Positions 47,427 through 57,042 of a stretch of 64,000 nucleotides of DNA are shown here, in pieces. The stretch is from an uncultured Micavibrio sp. (lineage in GTDB: Bacteria > Pseudomonadota > Alphaproteobacteria > Micavibrionales > UBA2020). Numbering within the stretch: the first letter of the stretch is position 1; every line of letters begins with the position of its first letter. A program made the position numbers and the translations under genes. Where the stretch lies: contig CAZKBS010000001.1 in NCBI GenBank assembly GCA_964551435.1, positions 143,565 through 207,564 of the forward strand. The letters run 5' to 3'. The notes beneath the pieces were generated by a model. It was not told the DNA's origin. It searched no databases and was given only the letters and a program-made list of their open reading frames with translations.

Positions 47427-48803
47427 ATGATCCGCGCCGTGTGGTTTTTGGCCAGACTGGGCCTTCTGGTTTACGCCATCGGCTGGCTGGCCGCGCGGCC
47501 GGGCTGGATGACGATTGACTGGCTTGGATACCGCATCGAACTGGCGGTCGGTTTTGTCGCCGCCGTTCTGCTTGTTTTCACGCTTGCCGTTATTTTCATC
47601 GACCGTATCTGGCGCGGCTTTGCCGTGCTGCCGGCGACCCTGCGCCGCTATCGCTATACCGTGCGGCGCGAAAAAGGCTACCGCGCGCTGACTGCTGGCC
47701 TTGTGGCTGTTGCCGCCGGCGACCCTGCGGGCGCGGAGCGCAGCGCACGCAAGGCGGAAGCCCTGATACCCAAAACCCCGCTGACAAAACTGCTCGTCGC
47801 GCAAACCGCGCTGCTCAACGGCAACGTGCCCAAGGCGCGGCGCGAATTCACCGATCTGCTGGATGATAGCGAGGCAGCGTTTTTCGGCCTGCGCGGGCTT
47901 CTGTCGCAAACCCTGAAAGAAGGCAGCTATGGCGAGGCGCAGGACCTGATCCGCAAAGCGGAAAAGCTGCAGCCCAAACGCAGCTGGGTCGTGCGTACGC
48001 GTTTTGAAATCGAAACCCGCAATAAAAACTGGCCCGAAGCGACCGAGGTTCTTAAAAAAGCCGAGAAGATGCGCATTTATGATGCACGCACCGCACGGCA
48101 TCACCGTCAGGCCATTCTGACGGCGCAGGCGATGGAAAATGAAAAGCAGGGTTTCCTGACCATCGCGGCGAAACAGGCCGCGCGCGCGGCCGCGCTGGAT
48201 TACAGCTTTGCGCCCGCATCGCTGTTGCTGGCCGATGTTTACAGCCGCCTTGGCAAAACCCGCGCGGCGCAAAAAACGCTGGAGCGGGCATGGAAAGCGC
48301 AGCCCCACCCCGATATCGCCGCCCTGTGGATGCGCTTGATGCCGCAGCCGCGCAAGGAGGCCTCCGTTTACGATACCGGCCGCGATGCCTATCAATGGGC
48401 GCGGCGCCTGTCGGATTTGAACCCGCAGCATACCGCCAGCCAGCGTCTGGCCGGGCATTACGCGCTTGAAGCAAGTTTGTGGAAAGAAGCGCGCGAACGT
48501 CTTGTCGCCGCGAATGATTTCCGCGCGCTGGCGCGGCTGGAGCGTGCGGAAACCGGTAATGAAGCCAAAGCCCGCGAATGGCTGGAGCATGCGGGGGATT
48601 ATCCGCCCGATGCCCGCTGGATCTGCACCAGCTGCGGGCATATAGCCGCCGCGTGGTCGGCGCTATGCCCGCATTGCATGGCGTTCGACGCTTTCGGCTG
48701 GAGCATCCCGCAGGGCGATGCGCATGCCCCGCGTCTGGCCCCGGCGCTGCCCGATAACGACATCATCGCGCCTCCCGCGCAGCTGGTGACGCGACGGTCA
48801 TGA
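47427..48803 (+). CDS. HemY-like TPR membrane protein
   Basis: HemY_N-like N-terminus with two TM helices. TPR-like repeats. C-terminal CxxC...CxxC zinc-ribbon (CTSCGH...CPHC). Confidence 0.8.
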   Translation: MIRAVWFLARLGLLVYAIGWLAARPGWMTIDWLGYRIELAVGFVAAVLLVFTLAVIFIDRIWRGFAVLPATLRRYRYTVRREKGYRALTAGLVAVAAGDPAGAERSARKAEALIPKTPLTKLLVAQTALLNGNVPKARREFTDLLDDSEAAFFGLRGLLSQTLKEGSYGEAQDLIRKAEKLQPKRSWVVRTRFEIETRNKNWPEATEVLKKAEKMRIYDARTARHHRQAILTAQAMENEKQGFLTIAAKQAARAAALDYSFAPASLLLADVYSRLGKTRAAQKTLERAWKAQPHPDIAALWMRLMPQPRKEASVYDTGRDAYQWARRLSDLNPQHTASQRLAGHYALEASLWKEARERLVAANDFRALARLERAETGNEAKAREWLEHAGDYPPDARWICTSCGHIAAAWSALCPHCMAFDAFGWSIPQGDAHAPRLAPALPDNDIIAPPAQLVTRRS

Positions 48804-49168
48804 CAGAAGAAATTCCGCCGGATGATGAAACCCCTCTGCTTGGCCGGCTGGCCGGACAGTTCACGCTGGTGCTGATCATCACGATTATCATGGGCGGCGG
48901 GCTTACGATGGCCGCGCGCGTCCTGCCGCCGCTAGCCGGTCTTGATATGGGGCATAAGGTTTCCGGGCCGTCCGAAGCGATTGCGATCCTTGTGGTGGCC
49001 TGCATCCTTATCGTCCTTTTAACGTATCTCTCGGTGATTGTCTGGATGCTGGTGGCGCGGCTGTTTCTGCCGCGCGCAACCATTTATGCGATCATGACCA
49101 GCGGCCCCACATGGCGTTTCGACCATTGGCTGTTCAATCTTATCTGTCCGGATGACAAGCCGCGCTGA
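48800..49168 (+). CDS. Small membrane protein
   Basis: ATGA overlap with the hemY-like stop. Two hydrophobic helices. Confidence 0.55.
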   Translation: MTEEIPPDDETPLLGRLAGQFTLVLIITIIMGGGLTMAARVLPPLAGLDMGHKVSGPSEAIAILVVACILIVLLTYLSVIVWMLVARLFLPRATIYAIMTSGPTWRFDHWLFNLICPDDKPR

Positions 49169-49311
49169 TGCTCGCAGCACCGCAGCGCGGTTGCGGATCA
49201 GCCTGCCAAGAATTTTGAACGCCTGAGAAAGTTATTTGCAGCGCCGCGCGAAAAATGAAAGCGCGACGGATATCCGCGGCAATAACGGCAGCGTGCGGCT
49301 GCGGAAAAATA

Positions 49312-49482
49312 TCAGTTTTTGCCTTTGGGCAGCGTAATGCGGGTAAAGCCGCGTTCTGTCGTGACTTTGTAGAATTCGTCGTACTGTGCGCCGGCAGCAG
49401 GCTGGCATACATCGAACATCTGCTGCTGGATCTCGGCGAGGCGTTCTGCCGCCGCAGCGCTTTGCATCGTGGCTGGTTTCAT
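49312..49482 (-). CDS. Small ORF (56 aa) below the ORF-track cutoff
   Basis: GGGAG RBS lies 8 nt before the ATG at 49482. GC3-biased codons. Product is MKPATMQSAAAAERLAEIQQQMFDVCQPAAGAQYDEFYKVTTERGFTRITLPKGKN. Confidence 0.4.
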   Translation of the reverse strand: MKPATMQSAAAAERLAEIQQQMFDVCQPAAGAQYDEFYKVTTERGFTRITLPKGKN

Positions 49483-49637
49483 GGTGGTTGCTCCCTTTTC
49501 CCGCGCGCACTGTATATCGGGCGCGAATCGGGCTCAACCCCCTGAATGTATTTTTTTATTGCGAAGTTGCGGAACTTTTTTACGCAGGCGCCGATGCGCC
49601 ACTACATCTTGTGTCCGGCGCAGGTGCTGCCACGAAT

Positions 49638-50414
49638 TTATTCAAGCCGCAGGTTTTTATCGCGCACAACCAGCGGGTAAAGCGCTAGCCCCGCGATGAA
49701 ACCGCCGACATGCGATGTCCAGGCGACTTTCCCCTCCGCCCCCGGCATACCGATGTAGCCGAACAGGAGGGAAATACCAATCCAGAGCGCAATCAGAAAC
49801 ACCAGCCGCTGATAACCCTGCCCCCCGAGAAGGCCGGAGCGGAACATCAAAATCAGCATGCCGCCAAAAAGCCCGCTGATGCCGCCAGATGCGCCAATCA
49901 GCGGCGCGACGTCATAGGGCATGACGACAAAATGCACCAGCGCCCCCGCAAGTCCTGTCGCAAAATAGATAATCACCGTGCGTTTCAGGCCGATGGTTTT
50001 TTCAAGCGCGCTGCCAAAGGCCATCAGCATGCCGATGTTAACGCCGATATGCAGCCAGCCGCCATGCAAAAACATATGCGTAACCGGCGCGACAGCCGCC
50101 CGCCAGTCGGCCTCCAGCGCGCCGGAATAATAGGCTGGCACAAAACCGTAGCGCATATAGACATCGAACATCACCGCATCGGGCAGCACATAGCGCAGCC
50201 CCATCAAGAGCAGCAGCGTGACCAGCAGGTATTTGACGCCGCGCGGCAGATTGAGAATCGGTTCGGATTTTTTTTGCGATGCAGCACCATCATTCGCCGG
50301 CGGCGGAGCATAACGCGCCGCGCGTTCGGACGGCGAGGGAAAGCGCGCGACATTGTCACTGCCGCTGCCGGTTTCCTGTTCATTGCCGTTATTGTTGTCT
50401 TTGTCGTTTGCCAT
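49638..50414 (-). CDS. Rhomboid-family intramembrane serine protease
   Basis: Motifs HMFLHGGWLHIGVNIGML, GASGGISGLFG (GxSG) and HVGGFIAGL. Start chosen at MANDKDNN. Confidence 0.85.
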   Translation of the reverse strand: MANDKDNNNGNEQETGSGSDNVARFPSPSERAARYAPPPANDGAASQKKSEPILNLPRGVKYLLVTLLLLMGLRYVLPDAVMFDVYMRYGFVPAYYSGALEADWRAAVAPVTHMFLHGGWLHIGVNIGMLMAFGSALEKTIGLKRTVIIYFATGLAGALVHFVVMPYDVAPLIGASGGISGLFGGMLILMFRSGLLGGQGYQRLVFLIALWIGISLLFGYIGMPGAEGKVAWTSHVGGFIAGLALYPLVVRDKNLRLE

Positions 50415-50630
50415 ATTGACGCAGGGGTTGATATTCCAAGCTGCTAGCGAGTATGCTCTTGGCACTTGCGGAATGCAAATGCCATCGCAACCGATGGCCG
50501 CGCAGCGCAAGCGCACACCGGACTTCGCGCGCCCCGAAACGGCAGCACCAGAAACCGGATACGCCCACAACCCATCGACGCCGCGCAGACGGATTTACGC
50601 GCCGCGTCCTGACGTCAAAGGATACCTGAC

Positions 50631-51974
50631 ATGTCCAACAGCCTGAAGCCCAACGATCTCGACGCCCACTTCATGCCTTTCACGGCGCAAAAATCGTTCA
50701 AGAAAAAACCGCGCATGATCACAGGCGCGAAGGGCATGTATTATTATTCCGACGACGGGCGCGAACTGCTGGATGCATCGGCAGGCCTGTGGTGCGTGAA
50801 TGCGGGGCACAGCCATCCGAAAATCGTCGAGGCTATTCAAAAACAGGCCGCCTCGCTCGACTACGCGCCGAATTTTTCGTTTGGCCACCCGCTGGGTTTT
50901 CAGGCGGCGTCGCGTCTGGTTGCGGAAATGCCCGGCGACATTGACCATGTGTTTTTCAGCAACTCCGGCTCCGAGGCTGTCGATACGGCTGTCAAAATCG
51001 CCCTCGCCTACTGGCGCGCGCGCGGCAAGGCCGCCAAGACTAAAATCATCAGCCGCGAACGCGCCTATCATGGGGTGAACATCTGCGGCGTATCGCTGGG
51101 CGGCATTCCGTGGAACCGCAAGGTTTTCGCGGGCGCCATGATGCCCAACGTCGATTACCTGCCCCATACGTTCAACCTCAAAGAACAGGCTTTTTCCAAG
51201 CATCAGCCCGAATGGGGCGCCCATCTGGCCGACAATCTTGAAAACATCGTTGCGCTGCATGATGCCGAAAACATCGCCGCCGTTATCGTCGAGCCGGTTG
51301 CGGGTTCGACCGGCGTGCTGGTCCCGCCCAAGGGCTACCTTGAAAAGCTGCGCGAGATTTGCAACAAACACGACATTCTGCTGATTTTCGACGAAGTCAT
51401 CACCGGCTTTGGCCGTCTGGGCAAGGCGACGGCAGCGGAATATTTCAACATCGTGCCGGACATCATCACGACCGCCAAGGGCATCAACAGCGGTACCGTG
51501 CCCATGGGCGCGACGTTTGTGCGCAAGGGTATCTATGACGCGTTCATGGACAGCGCCGGTGAATACAGCATCAACTTCTTCCACGGCTATACCTATAGCG
51601 GCCACCCGCTGGCCTGCGCCGCCGCACTCGCCACGCAGGAGGTTTATAAAACCGAAGGCCTGTTCGAAAACGCGGCCAAGCTGGAAAAAACCTGGTCGGA
51701 TGCACTGCACACGCTGAAAGGCAAGCCGCATGTCATCGATATCCGCACCATCGGCCTGATGGGCGCGGTAGAGCTGGACCCCGGCACCGACCGCAAATAT
51801 CCCGACGAAATGTCGCGCGCGATGGAAGCCTTCGACCGCATGTATTTCGAATACGATACCGTCATGCGCTTCACCGGCAATACGCTGGCGATGTCGCCGC
51901 CGCTGATTTTGAATGAAAGCCATATCAGCCTGCTGGTCGAACGTCTGGGCAAAATGCTGTCCACGCTGCGCTAA
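50631..51974 (+). CDS. Class-III (omega) aminotransferase, beta-alanine/omega-amino acid:pyruvate type
   Basis: RBS AAGGA. PLP-lysine context DIITTAKGINSG. FDEVITGFGRLG. Confidence 0.88.
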   Translation: MSNSLKPNDLDAHFMPFTAQKSFKKKPRMITGAKGMYYYSDDGRELLDASAGLWCVNAGHSHPKIVEAIQKQAASLDYAPNFSFGHPLGFQAASRLVAEMPGDIDHVFFSNSGSEAVDTAVKIALAYWRARGKAAKTKIISRERAYHGVNICGVSLGGIPWNRKVFAGAMMPNVDYLPHTFNLKEQAFSKHQPEWGAHLADNLENIVALHDAENIAAVIVEPVAGSTGVLVPPKGYLEKLREICNKHDILLIFDEVITGFGRLGKATAAEYFNIVPDIITTAKGINSGTVPMGATFVRKGIYDAFMDSAGEYSINFFHGYTYSGHPLACAAALATQEVYKTEGLFENAAKLEKTWSDALHTLKGKPHVIDIRTIGLMGAVELDPGTDRKYPDEMSRAMEAFDRMYFEYDTVMRFTGNTLAMSPPLILNESHISLLVERLGKMLSTLR

Positions 51975-51996
51975 ACGCACGCGCAGCCCTGCAAAA

Positions 51997-52025
51997 CCCC
52001 CGCCCACAACGGCGGGGGTTTTTGT
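51997..52025 (+). terminator. Intrinsic terminator
   Basis: CCCCCGCC, loop CACAAC, GGCGGGGG, followed by TTTTTG. Confidence 0.8.
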
Positions 52026-52123
52026 TTATTTATAATGACTTGCACATAGGCGGCGCGGTTTGCGGTGACAAAACCGGCCCGCTTTGGTAATATGGCAATA
52101 CCTATTCACCGCCAAGGCGCATC

Positions 52124-53143
52124 ATGCCGGAAATGTCCGACAAGCCCGTGATTCTTGTGAACCTGCCGCGCGATCTGGGCGACGGGCTGTTCTGCGCGCC
52201 TGCGCTGCGCCACATCGCCACCGTGGCCGAAGAGCGCGGGATGGAGGTCGTGACCATCGGCGCGAAGCACCGTCACGGCTGGGCCGAAACCATGACCGGC
52301 ATGACGCTGCCGTGGCATGACACCGCCGCCGCGCCGCTGCCGCCCGCGACGCTGGCGCGCACGGCAATCGGATTCAATTTCGATTTTTATGAACATACGC
52401 TGTGCGACAGCTATCCGTCCGTGCCCGTATACCAGCCGGAGAAAATGGAAGTCGTCGCCAAAGACACGCCGCAATTCGGCGCAGGCGCCGTCGTCGGTAA
52501 AAAACATATTTTCGAATTGCTGCACGATTGCCTGCGCGATGCGGGATTTCTAAAAGCAGACCGGAAACTGCCCCTGCCCGCCATGCCTGCCGCGCTGGTC
52601 AGCGATGACGCCGTGCGAACGGCGCAGGAAAAATTTGGCCTGCAAAAAAATGAATCCTACGCGATTTTCGTGCCCGTCTGCGCGGCGAACCGTCCGTTCA
52701 AACGCTGGCAAATCGAAAAATTCGCAGAAGTCGCGCAGCATTACGCCGCCGCAGGCATCACCCCCGTTATCATCGGCGGCCCTGCGGATGCGGAAAAACA
52801 AACCTGCGCCGAGCTGGCAACGCACATCGGCGGGCGGGCGAAAAATATTTGCGGGCAGACATCGCTGGGCGATATTGCGGCGCTGGCGCGTGGCGCGGTC
52901 TTCACGCTGGGCAATGACACCGGCCCCACGCATATCGCGGCGGCGGGCGGCACAGCTGTATTCACGCTCTACGGATATTACAACGACCCGGCAACATGGC
53001 AATCGCTGACGCCGCAAAATACGGCAAAGCCGCTTGTGGGACCGACCATTCAGGATATTCCCGCCGCGCAGGCGATAACCGCCATCGACGCGGCACGCCG
53101 TCCCGCGCCGCAAGTCGCGCTCGCCAGCGCCGCGCCACGATAA
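52124..53143 (+). CDS. Glycosyltransferase family 9 (heptosyltransferase-like)
   Basis: N-terminal ILVNLPRDLGDGLFCAPALRHI. C-terminal GNDTGPTHIAAAGG. Confidence 0.8.
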   Translation: MPEMSDKPVILVNLPRDLGDGLFCAPALRHIATVAEERGMEVVTIGAKHRHGWAETMTGMTLPWHDTAAAPLPPATLARTAIGFNFDFYEHTLCDSYPSVPVYQPEKMEVVAKDTPQFGAGAVVGKKHIFELLHDCLRDAGFLKADRKLPLPAMPAALVSDDAVRTAQEKFGLQKNESYAIFVPVCAANRPFKRWQIEKFAEVAQHYAAAGITPVIIGGPADAEKQTCAELATHIGGRAKNICGQTSLGDIAALARGAVFTLGNDTGPTHIAAAGGTAVFTLYGYYNDPATWQSLTPQNTAKPLVGPTIQDIPAAQAITAIDAARRPAPQVALASAAPR

Positions 53144-53161
53144 AATGCGCCTACGCACACG

Positions 53162-53677
53162 TCAGGCTGTTTTGCGAATGTCGCGGTTGAACCCGAATTT
53201 GAATGCAAAGGGTTTTGCCTTGGCATCCGGCGTCAGCTGGATATAAAGCCCCTGCTTCGCCAGAATATCATCCACGCAGGTCATCTGCTCCACGTCATAG
53301 CTGTAATCTTCGTGATGCGATTTCCAGTGCAAAACCTGTTTCAGGGCGCGCGCTTTCGCCTTGGATTTGGTCGGCGCGACCACGAACACGTTTTTATGCT
53401 GTTCGGCGAAATCATCGGGGTCATAGCCGCCAAGGTTGACGAACCAGAGTTTGTCCGCATCCGCCGGCTTTTCCGCCGAGAGGGTGATACGGTGGCCATC
53501 CGCCGCCGTCAGTTCGCCCCAGCAATCCAGATGCAGGCTTTCGGGCGTGCCCCACCATGTGCGGCGGATGTCGTCATAGGTTGCCTCCATGCTGTCCGCG
53601 GCGCAGATGCGCACATCATGTAGTTCGATCAGCGAGGTTTCGGTCGAACCGCCGATATAAAATACAAAAAGCTTCAT
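53162..53677 (-). CDS. Tandem DUF1543-like protein
   Basis: Motifs MKLFVFYIGG...IELHDVRI and KLWFVNLGGYDPDDFAEQHKNVFVV resemble the two DUF1543 repeats. Recognised from memory, not searched. Confidence 0.6.
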   Translation of the reverse strand: MKLFVFYIGGSTETSLIELHDVRICAADSMEATYDDIRRTWWGTPESLHLDCWGELTAADGHRITLSAEKPADADKLWFVNLGGYDPDDFAEQHKNVFVVAPTKSKAKARALKQVLHWKSHHEDYSYDVEQMTCVDDILAKQGLYIQLTPDAKAKPFAFKFGFNRDIRKTA

Positions 53678-53707
53678 GACTGTTCCTTTTATGTTATGCC
53701 GTTTGCG

Positions 53708-55126
53708 TCAGGCCGCCGCATCCCACGGGATGAAGGCGATTTTTGTTTCCAGCGCCGCCGCCGCCCGCAGCGCCAGCGTATCTTTCAGATAGCCCGCCAT
53801 GATTTGCATACCGACCGGCAGGCCGTCTTTAGACAATCCCGCCGGAATGCTCGCCGCCGGCAACCGCGCCAGATTGGCGCCGTAAGTAAAAGGCGTCCAG
53901 TCATCCCACAATGCGCCGTTTTTGCCGCGCGGCATGTTGCTACCCGTATCAAACGCCGTCATGGCCGTGGTCGGCGTCACCAGTATCTCGTATTCATCCA
54001 GAAGCGATTTAAAATATTCGCCAATCGCCATGCGCGCGCGCTCGGCGACCAGATAATCATGCAGCGGCAGCTTTTCGCCGCGCGCCGCCCAATGCACCAG
54101 CCGCGGATCGGTCTTTTTTTTCTGCGCGGCTGTATAGCCTTTCAACATATGCGCGGCGACGGCCATCCAGTGTTTGTTGAACACATCCACAATATCCGGC
54201 ACATCCAGACGGATGATATCCACGCGGCCAAGCGCGCGCAGATGCGGCAGCATTTTTTTCATCACTGCCGCCACATCGGGATTCATGCCCACATCGTTGA
54301 TAAACGGCGCATAGGCGATTTTCAGTTTCGGCAGCGGCGCTTCCAGCGCTCCGGCAAAACAGGGTTTATCCAGCGGCAAGGCATGCCAGTCGGGCGTATG
54401 GCCGTTTTTGTCAAACTGCGCCATGACATCGAGCATCAGGGCGCAATCGCGCACCGTGCGCGCGATAGGGCCAACGGCTGACAGGGTCGAAAACAAACTC
54501 GGCGGCCATGACGGCACCACGCCGGGGCTGGGTTTGAACGCGACGGCGCCGCAAAAACTGGCCGGAATGCGCACCGACCCGCCCGCATCACTGCCCAGAT
54601 GCAAAACACCCATACCCGCCGCCGCGCACACCGCCGCGCCGCCCGAAGAGCCGCCACAGGTTTTGCTGTCGTCCCACGGGTTGCGCGTGATGCCGTAAAG
54701 GGGGCTGTCGGTCACGCCCTTGTGCCCGTATTCGGGCAGGGTGGTTTTGCCCAGAAAGACCGCGCCCGCTTCGCGCAGGCGCGCCACGGCGGGGGAGTCT
54801 TCTTTTTGCGGCGCTGTTGATGACAGGCGGGAGCCGTAGCGTGTCGGCCAGCCTTTGACATGAAACCAGTCCTTGATGGTCACAGGCACGCCATCCAGCG
54901 GCCCCAGCGGCTTGCCCGCCCGCCAGCGGCGAGCCGATGCGCGCGCGGCGGCAATCGCCCCTTTTTCATCGACAAGGCACAGGGCATTGAGCCGCGGGTT
55001 CACATCGCGGATACGGTCGAGCGCCGCCACCGCGACGTCCAGCGGCGACAGCGTGCCTGCGCGGTACAGATTCACAAGGGCGGCCGCATCCAGACTGCAC
55101 AAATCGCCGCGCACGGGTGACGTCAT
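53708..55126 (-). CDS. Amidase-signature family amidase
   Basis: Motif GGSSGGAAVCAAAG plus Ser-cisSer-Lys context. ATG at 55126 (the ORF track opens at TTG 55144). Confidence 0.88.
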   Translation of the reverse strand: MTSPVRGDLCSLDAAALVNLYRAGTLSPLDVAVAALDRIRDVNPRLNALCLVDEKGAIAAARASARRWRAGKPLGPLDGVPVTIKDWFHVKGWPTRYGSRLSSTAPQKEDSPAVARLREAGAVFLGKTTLPEYGHKGVTDSPLYGITRNPWDDSKTCGGSSGGAAVCAAAGMGVLHLGSDAGGSVRIPASFCGAVAFKPSPGVVPSWPPSLFSTLSAVGPIARTVRDCALMLDVMAQFDKNGHTPDWHALPLDKPCFAGALEAPLPKLKIAYAPFINDVGMNPDVAAVMKKMLPHLRALGRVDIIRLDVPDIVDVFNKHWMAVAAHMLKGYTAAQKKKTDPRLVHWAARGEKLPLHDYLVAERARMAIGEYFKSLLDEYEILVTPTTAMTAFDTGSNMPRGKNGALWDDWTPFTYGANLARLPAASIPAGLSKDGLPVGMQIMAGYLKDTLALRAAAALETKIAFIPWDAAA

Positions 55127-55345
55127 TTTTTCTCGCCCTTTCAAATAGTTATGTTTAATTACCGCAGGCTTTTCACCGGATTTTTTGCAAGTATGATAGA
55201 ATAAAAGGAATTCACAAAAGGGTTTTGACTCTTTTGCGTCCGCCTATCAAGCACGCCGCGCCGCATCGTCGGCCGCGTAAGCAAAGAGTAGCGGCGCACG
55301 TGAAAAAGGAATATTCAGAAATACCCAAGCAGGGAGAAAACCGAC

Positions 55346-56170
55346 GTGAAACCCGCCGTTTATTTTGCCGCCGCACTCGGTCTTGCCGTTTTTTGCGCAC
55401 CCGCCGCCCCCAAACCTGCTTTGGCCTATGACGGTTTGATGTCCGGCTCTTCGACCAGCGAAGGCTACGACGGCCTTCTGGCCCCCGCGCAGCCCAGCGG
55501 ACGCAAAAGCAGCCGCGGCGCGGACGAGCCACCCGGTTACGACGGCCTTCTCCCCGGCAGTGTGCCGCAGCGCCCCATAGAACCCGAAACCGACAACGAC
55601 ACCGCACCGAAACGTCCGTCAACCGCGGCAACCCCGCCCGCAGGCCAGTCGCCCGCCGTGCGCCCAGCGGCCACCACACGCGCCCCTGCGCAAACCGCGC
55701 GCCCCGAACTGCCGATGACGCCGCGCCCCGGCCGTTTGAAAACAAGCCCGATTTCCAGTGCGGAGCAATTGCTGATGCTCGCCTCGCTCAACGGCAAGCG
55801 ATTGGATCTCAGCAAAATCGCCGATAACGTGAAGCCGAGCCCTGGCATGTTCGGCCTGAAAAACCCGACCCTGCCGCGCATCAACGGCATGGCGTCGATG
55901 GAATTTCTGGCCAAGAGCCAGATTGATAAAATCATGGGCGCGCTGAATAACCCCGCGCTGAGCGCCGAGCAGCGCCAAAAAGTCGCGCAGCAGGGCTATC
56001 AACAGCTGCTGGTTTTCGCCGATGGCGTGATGACCCGCCGCACCGTGCCCGATGAAGTCTTTTTGAAAATGGGCATGCCTGAATCGCTGCTGGCCGAAGA
56101 AAAAGACGCCAACGAGCGTGCGCTTGCCCGCTATGAAGAGGCCTTTAAAATTCTGCGCCCGATGCAGTAA
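55346..56170 (+). CDS. Secreted protein with YDGL repeats
   Basis: GTG start is preceded by AGGGAG. Signal peptide ends ...KPALA. Repeats are AYDGL, GYDGL, GYDGL. Pro/Ala-rich linker, then a helical C-terminal domain. Confidence 0.65.
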   Translation: MKPAVYFAAALGLAVFCAPAAPKPALAYDGLMSGSSTSEGYDGLLAPAQPSGRKSSRGADEPPGYDGLLPGSVPQRPIEPETDNDTAPKRPSTAATPPAGQSPAVRPAATTRAPAQTARPELPMTPRPGRLKTSPISSAEQLLMLASLNGKRLDLSKIADNVKPSPGMFGLKNPTLPRINGMASMEFLAKSQIDKIMGALNNPALSAEQRQKVAQQGYQQLLVFADGVMTRRTVPDEVFLKMGMPESLLAEEKDANERALARYEEAFKILRPMQ

Positions 56171-56211
56171 CCCATAAACACGCGCCAACCGCCGCTGAAA
56201 GGAATATTCCC

Positions 56212-56661
56212 ATGATCGCCGCATACCGCCGCCCGCTTTTTGCCGCTGCACTGGCTCTTTTCTTGTTTCAGACGCCTGCGGCAATGGCCTACGAAGGCCT
56301 GACATCGTCGGGCGGCGAGGCGCCGTCATCGGGCGGCGGCGGATATGATGGCCTCGTCGGCTGGCCCGCAACGCAGGGCGCCAGCAACCCCTACGGCACC
56401 GCCCCCGCCGAAGATATTTATGGCCTGGTCAAAGGCACCGGCACCACGCCCGAACAGCGCGCCGAAAACGCGCGCCGCGCCCGCGAAGAGCAAAAACTGC
56501 AACGCCAGCAGGAAATGCGCGAGCGCAACCTGAAGCGCGCGCAGGAAATGCAATCCAAGCTGGATGCGCAAAGCGATGCGCAGCAGCGCCGCATCATGGA
56601 GCATCAAAACGACATCATGCGCCGCATGCAACAGCAACAGCGCCAGCAACAACAGCGCTGA
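56212..56661 (+). CDS. Secreted protein with YEGL/YDGL repeats and Gln-rich coiled coil
   Basis: RBS AAAGGAA. Signal peptide ends ...PAAMA. Repeats are AYEGL, GYDGL, IYGL. C-terminus is MQQQQRQQQQR. Confidence 0.65.
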   Translation: MIAAYRRPLFAAALALFLFQTPAAMAYEGLTSSGGEAPSSGGGGYDGLVGWPATQGASNPYGTAPAEDIYGLVKGTGTTPEQRAENARRAREEQKLQRQQEMRERNLKRAQEMQSKLDAQSDAQQRRIMEHQNDIMRRMQQQQRQQQQR

Positions 56662-56683
56662 TTTTCAGAAAAGCATTGCTTGA

Positions 56684-56974
56684 TTACGATGCGTAGCTGC
56701 ACGGCGTGCAGCGTACGATTTCGTCATCCTTGAGTTCATAGAACATGATGACGCCGCGCTCGATGGCTTCGTCCAGATAATCTTTGCGCAGGCCCTTCAG
56801 CACCGCTGATTTTTCAGCGGCGGTAATCAGCACGTCGCGGGGGTTGTCGGGGCTGATGCAAAAACGTGCGGGCACTTCGATACCGCCGTCAAAAACACCC
56901 AGACGCGGCATAAGGATGGTGACCCCCGTGCGCGTGGCGAAGACAACTTCGTATTCGCTAATAATTTCAGCCAT
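56684..56974 (-). CDS. Hypothetical small protein
   Basis: RBS GGGGGAG. Coding-like bias. Confidence 0.55.
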   Translation of the reverse strand: MAEIISEYEVVFATRTGVTILMPRLGVFDGGIEVPARFCISPDNPRDVLITAAEKSAVLKGLRKDYLDEAIERGVIMFYELKDDEIVRCTPCSYAS

Positions 56975-57042
56975 TTCGTTTTCTCCCCCTCTTACTCTAG
57001 CTGAGTCTGTCTTAAGAAAAGGTTTTCATGTAGCATAGAGGC

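Noticed and set aside
45525-48641. Long minus-strand ORFs (45525..47033 and 47328..48641) antisense to the hemD-Mic60-like and hemY-like genes
   Set aside because: Both are Arg/Gly-rich shadow ORFs. The plus-strand products have TM, coiled-coil and TPR features and conserved synteny.
50595-52007. 470-aa minus-strand ORF antisense to the aminotransferase
   Set aside because: Shadow ORF.
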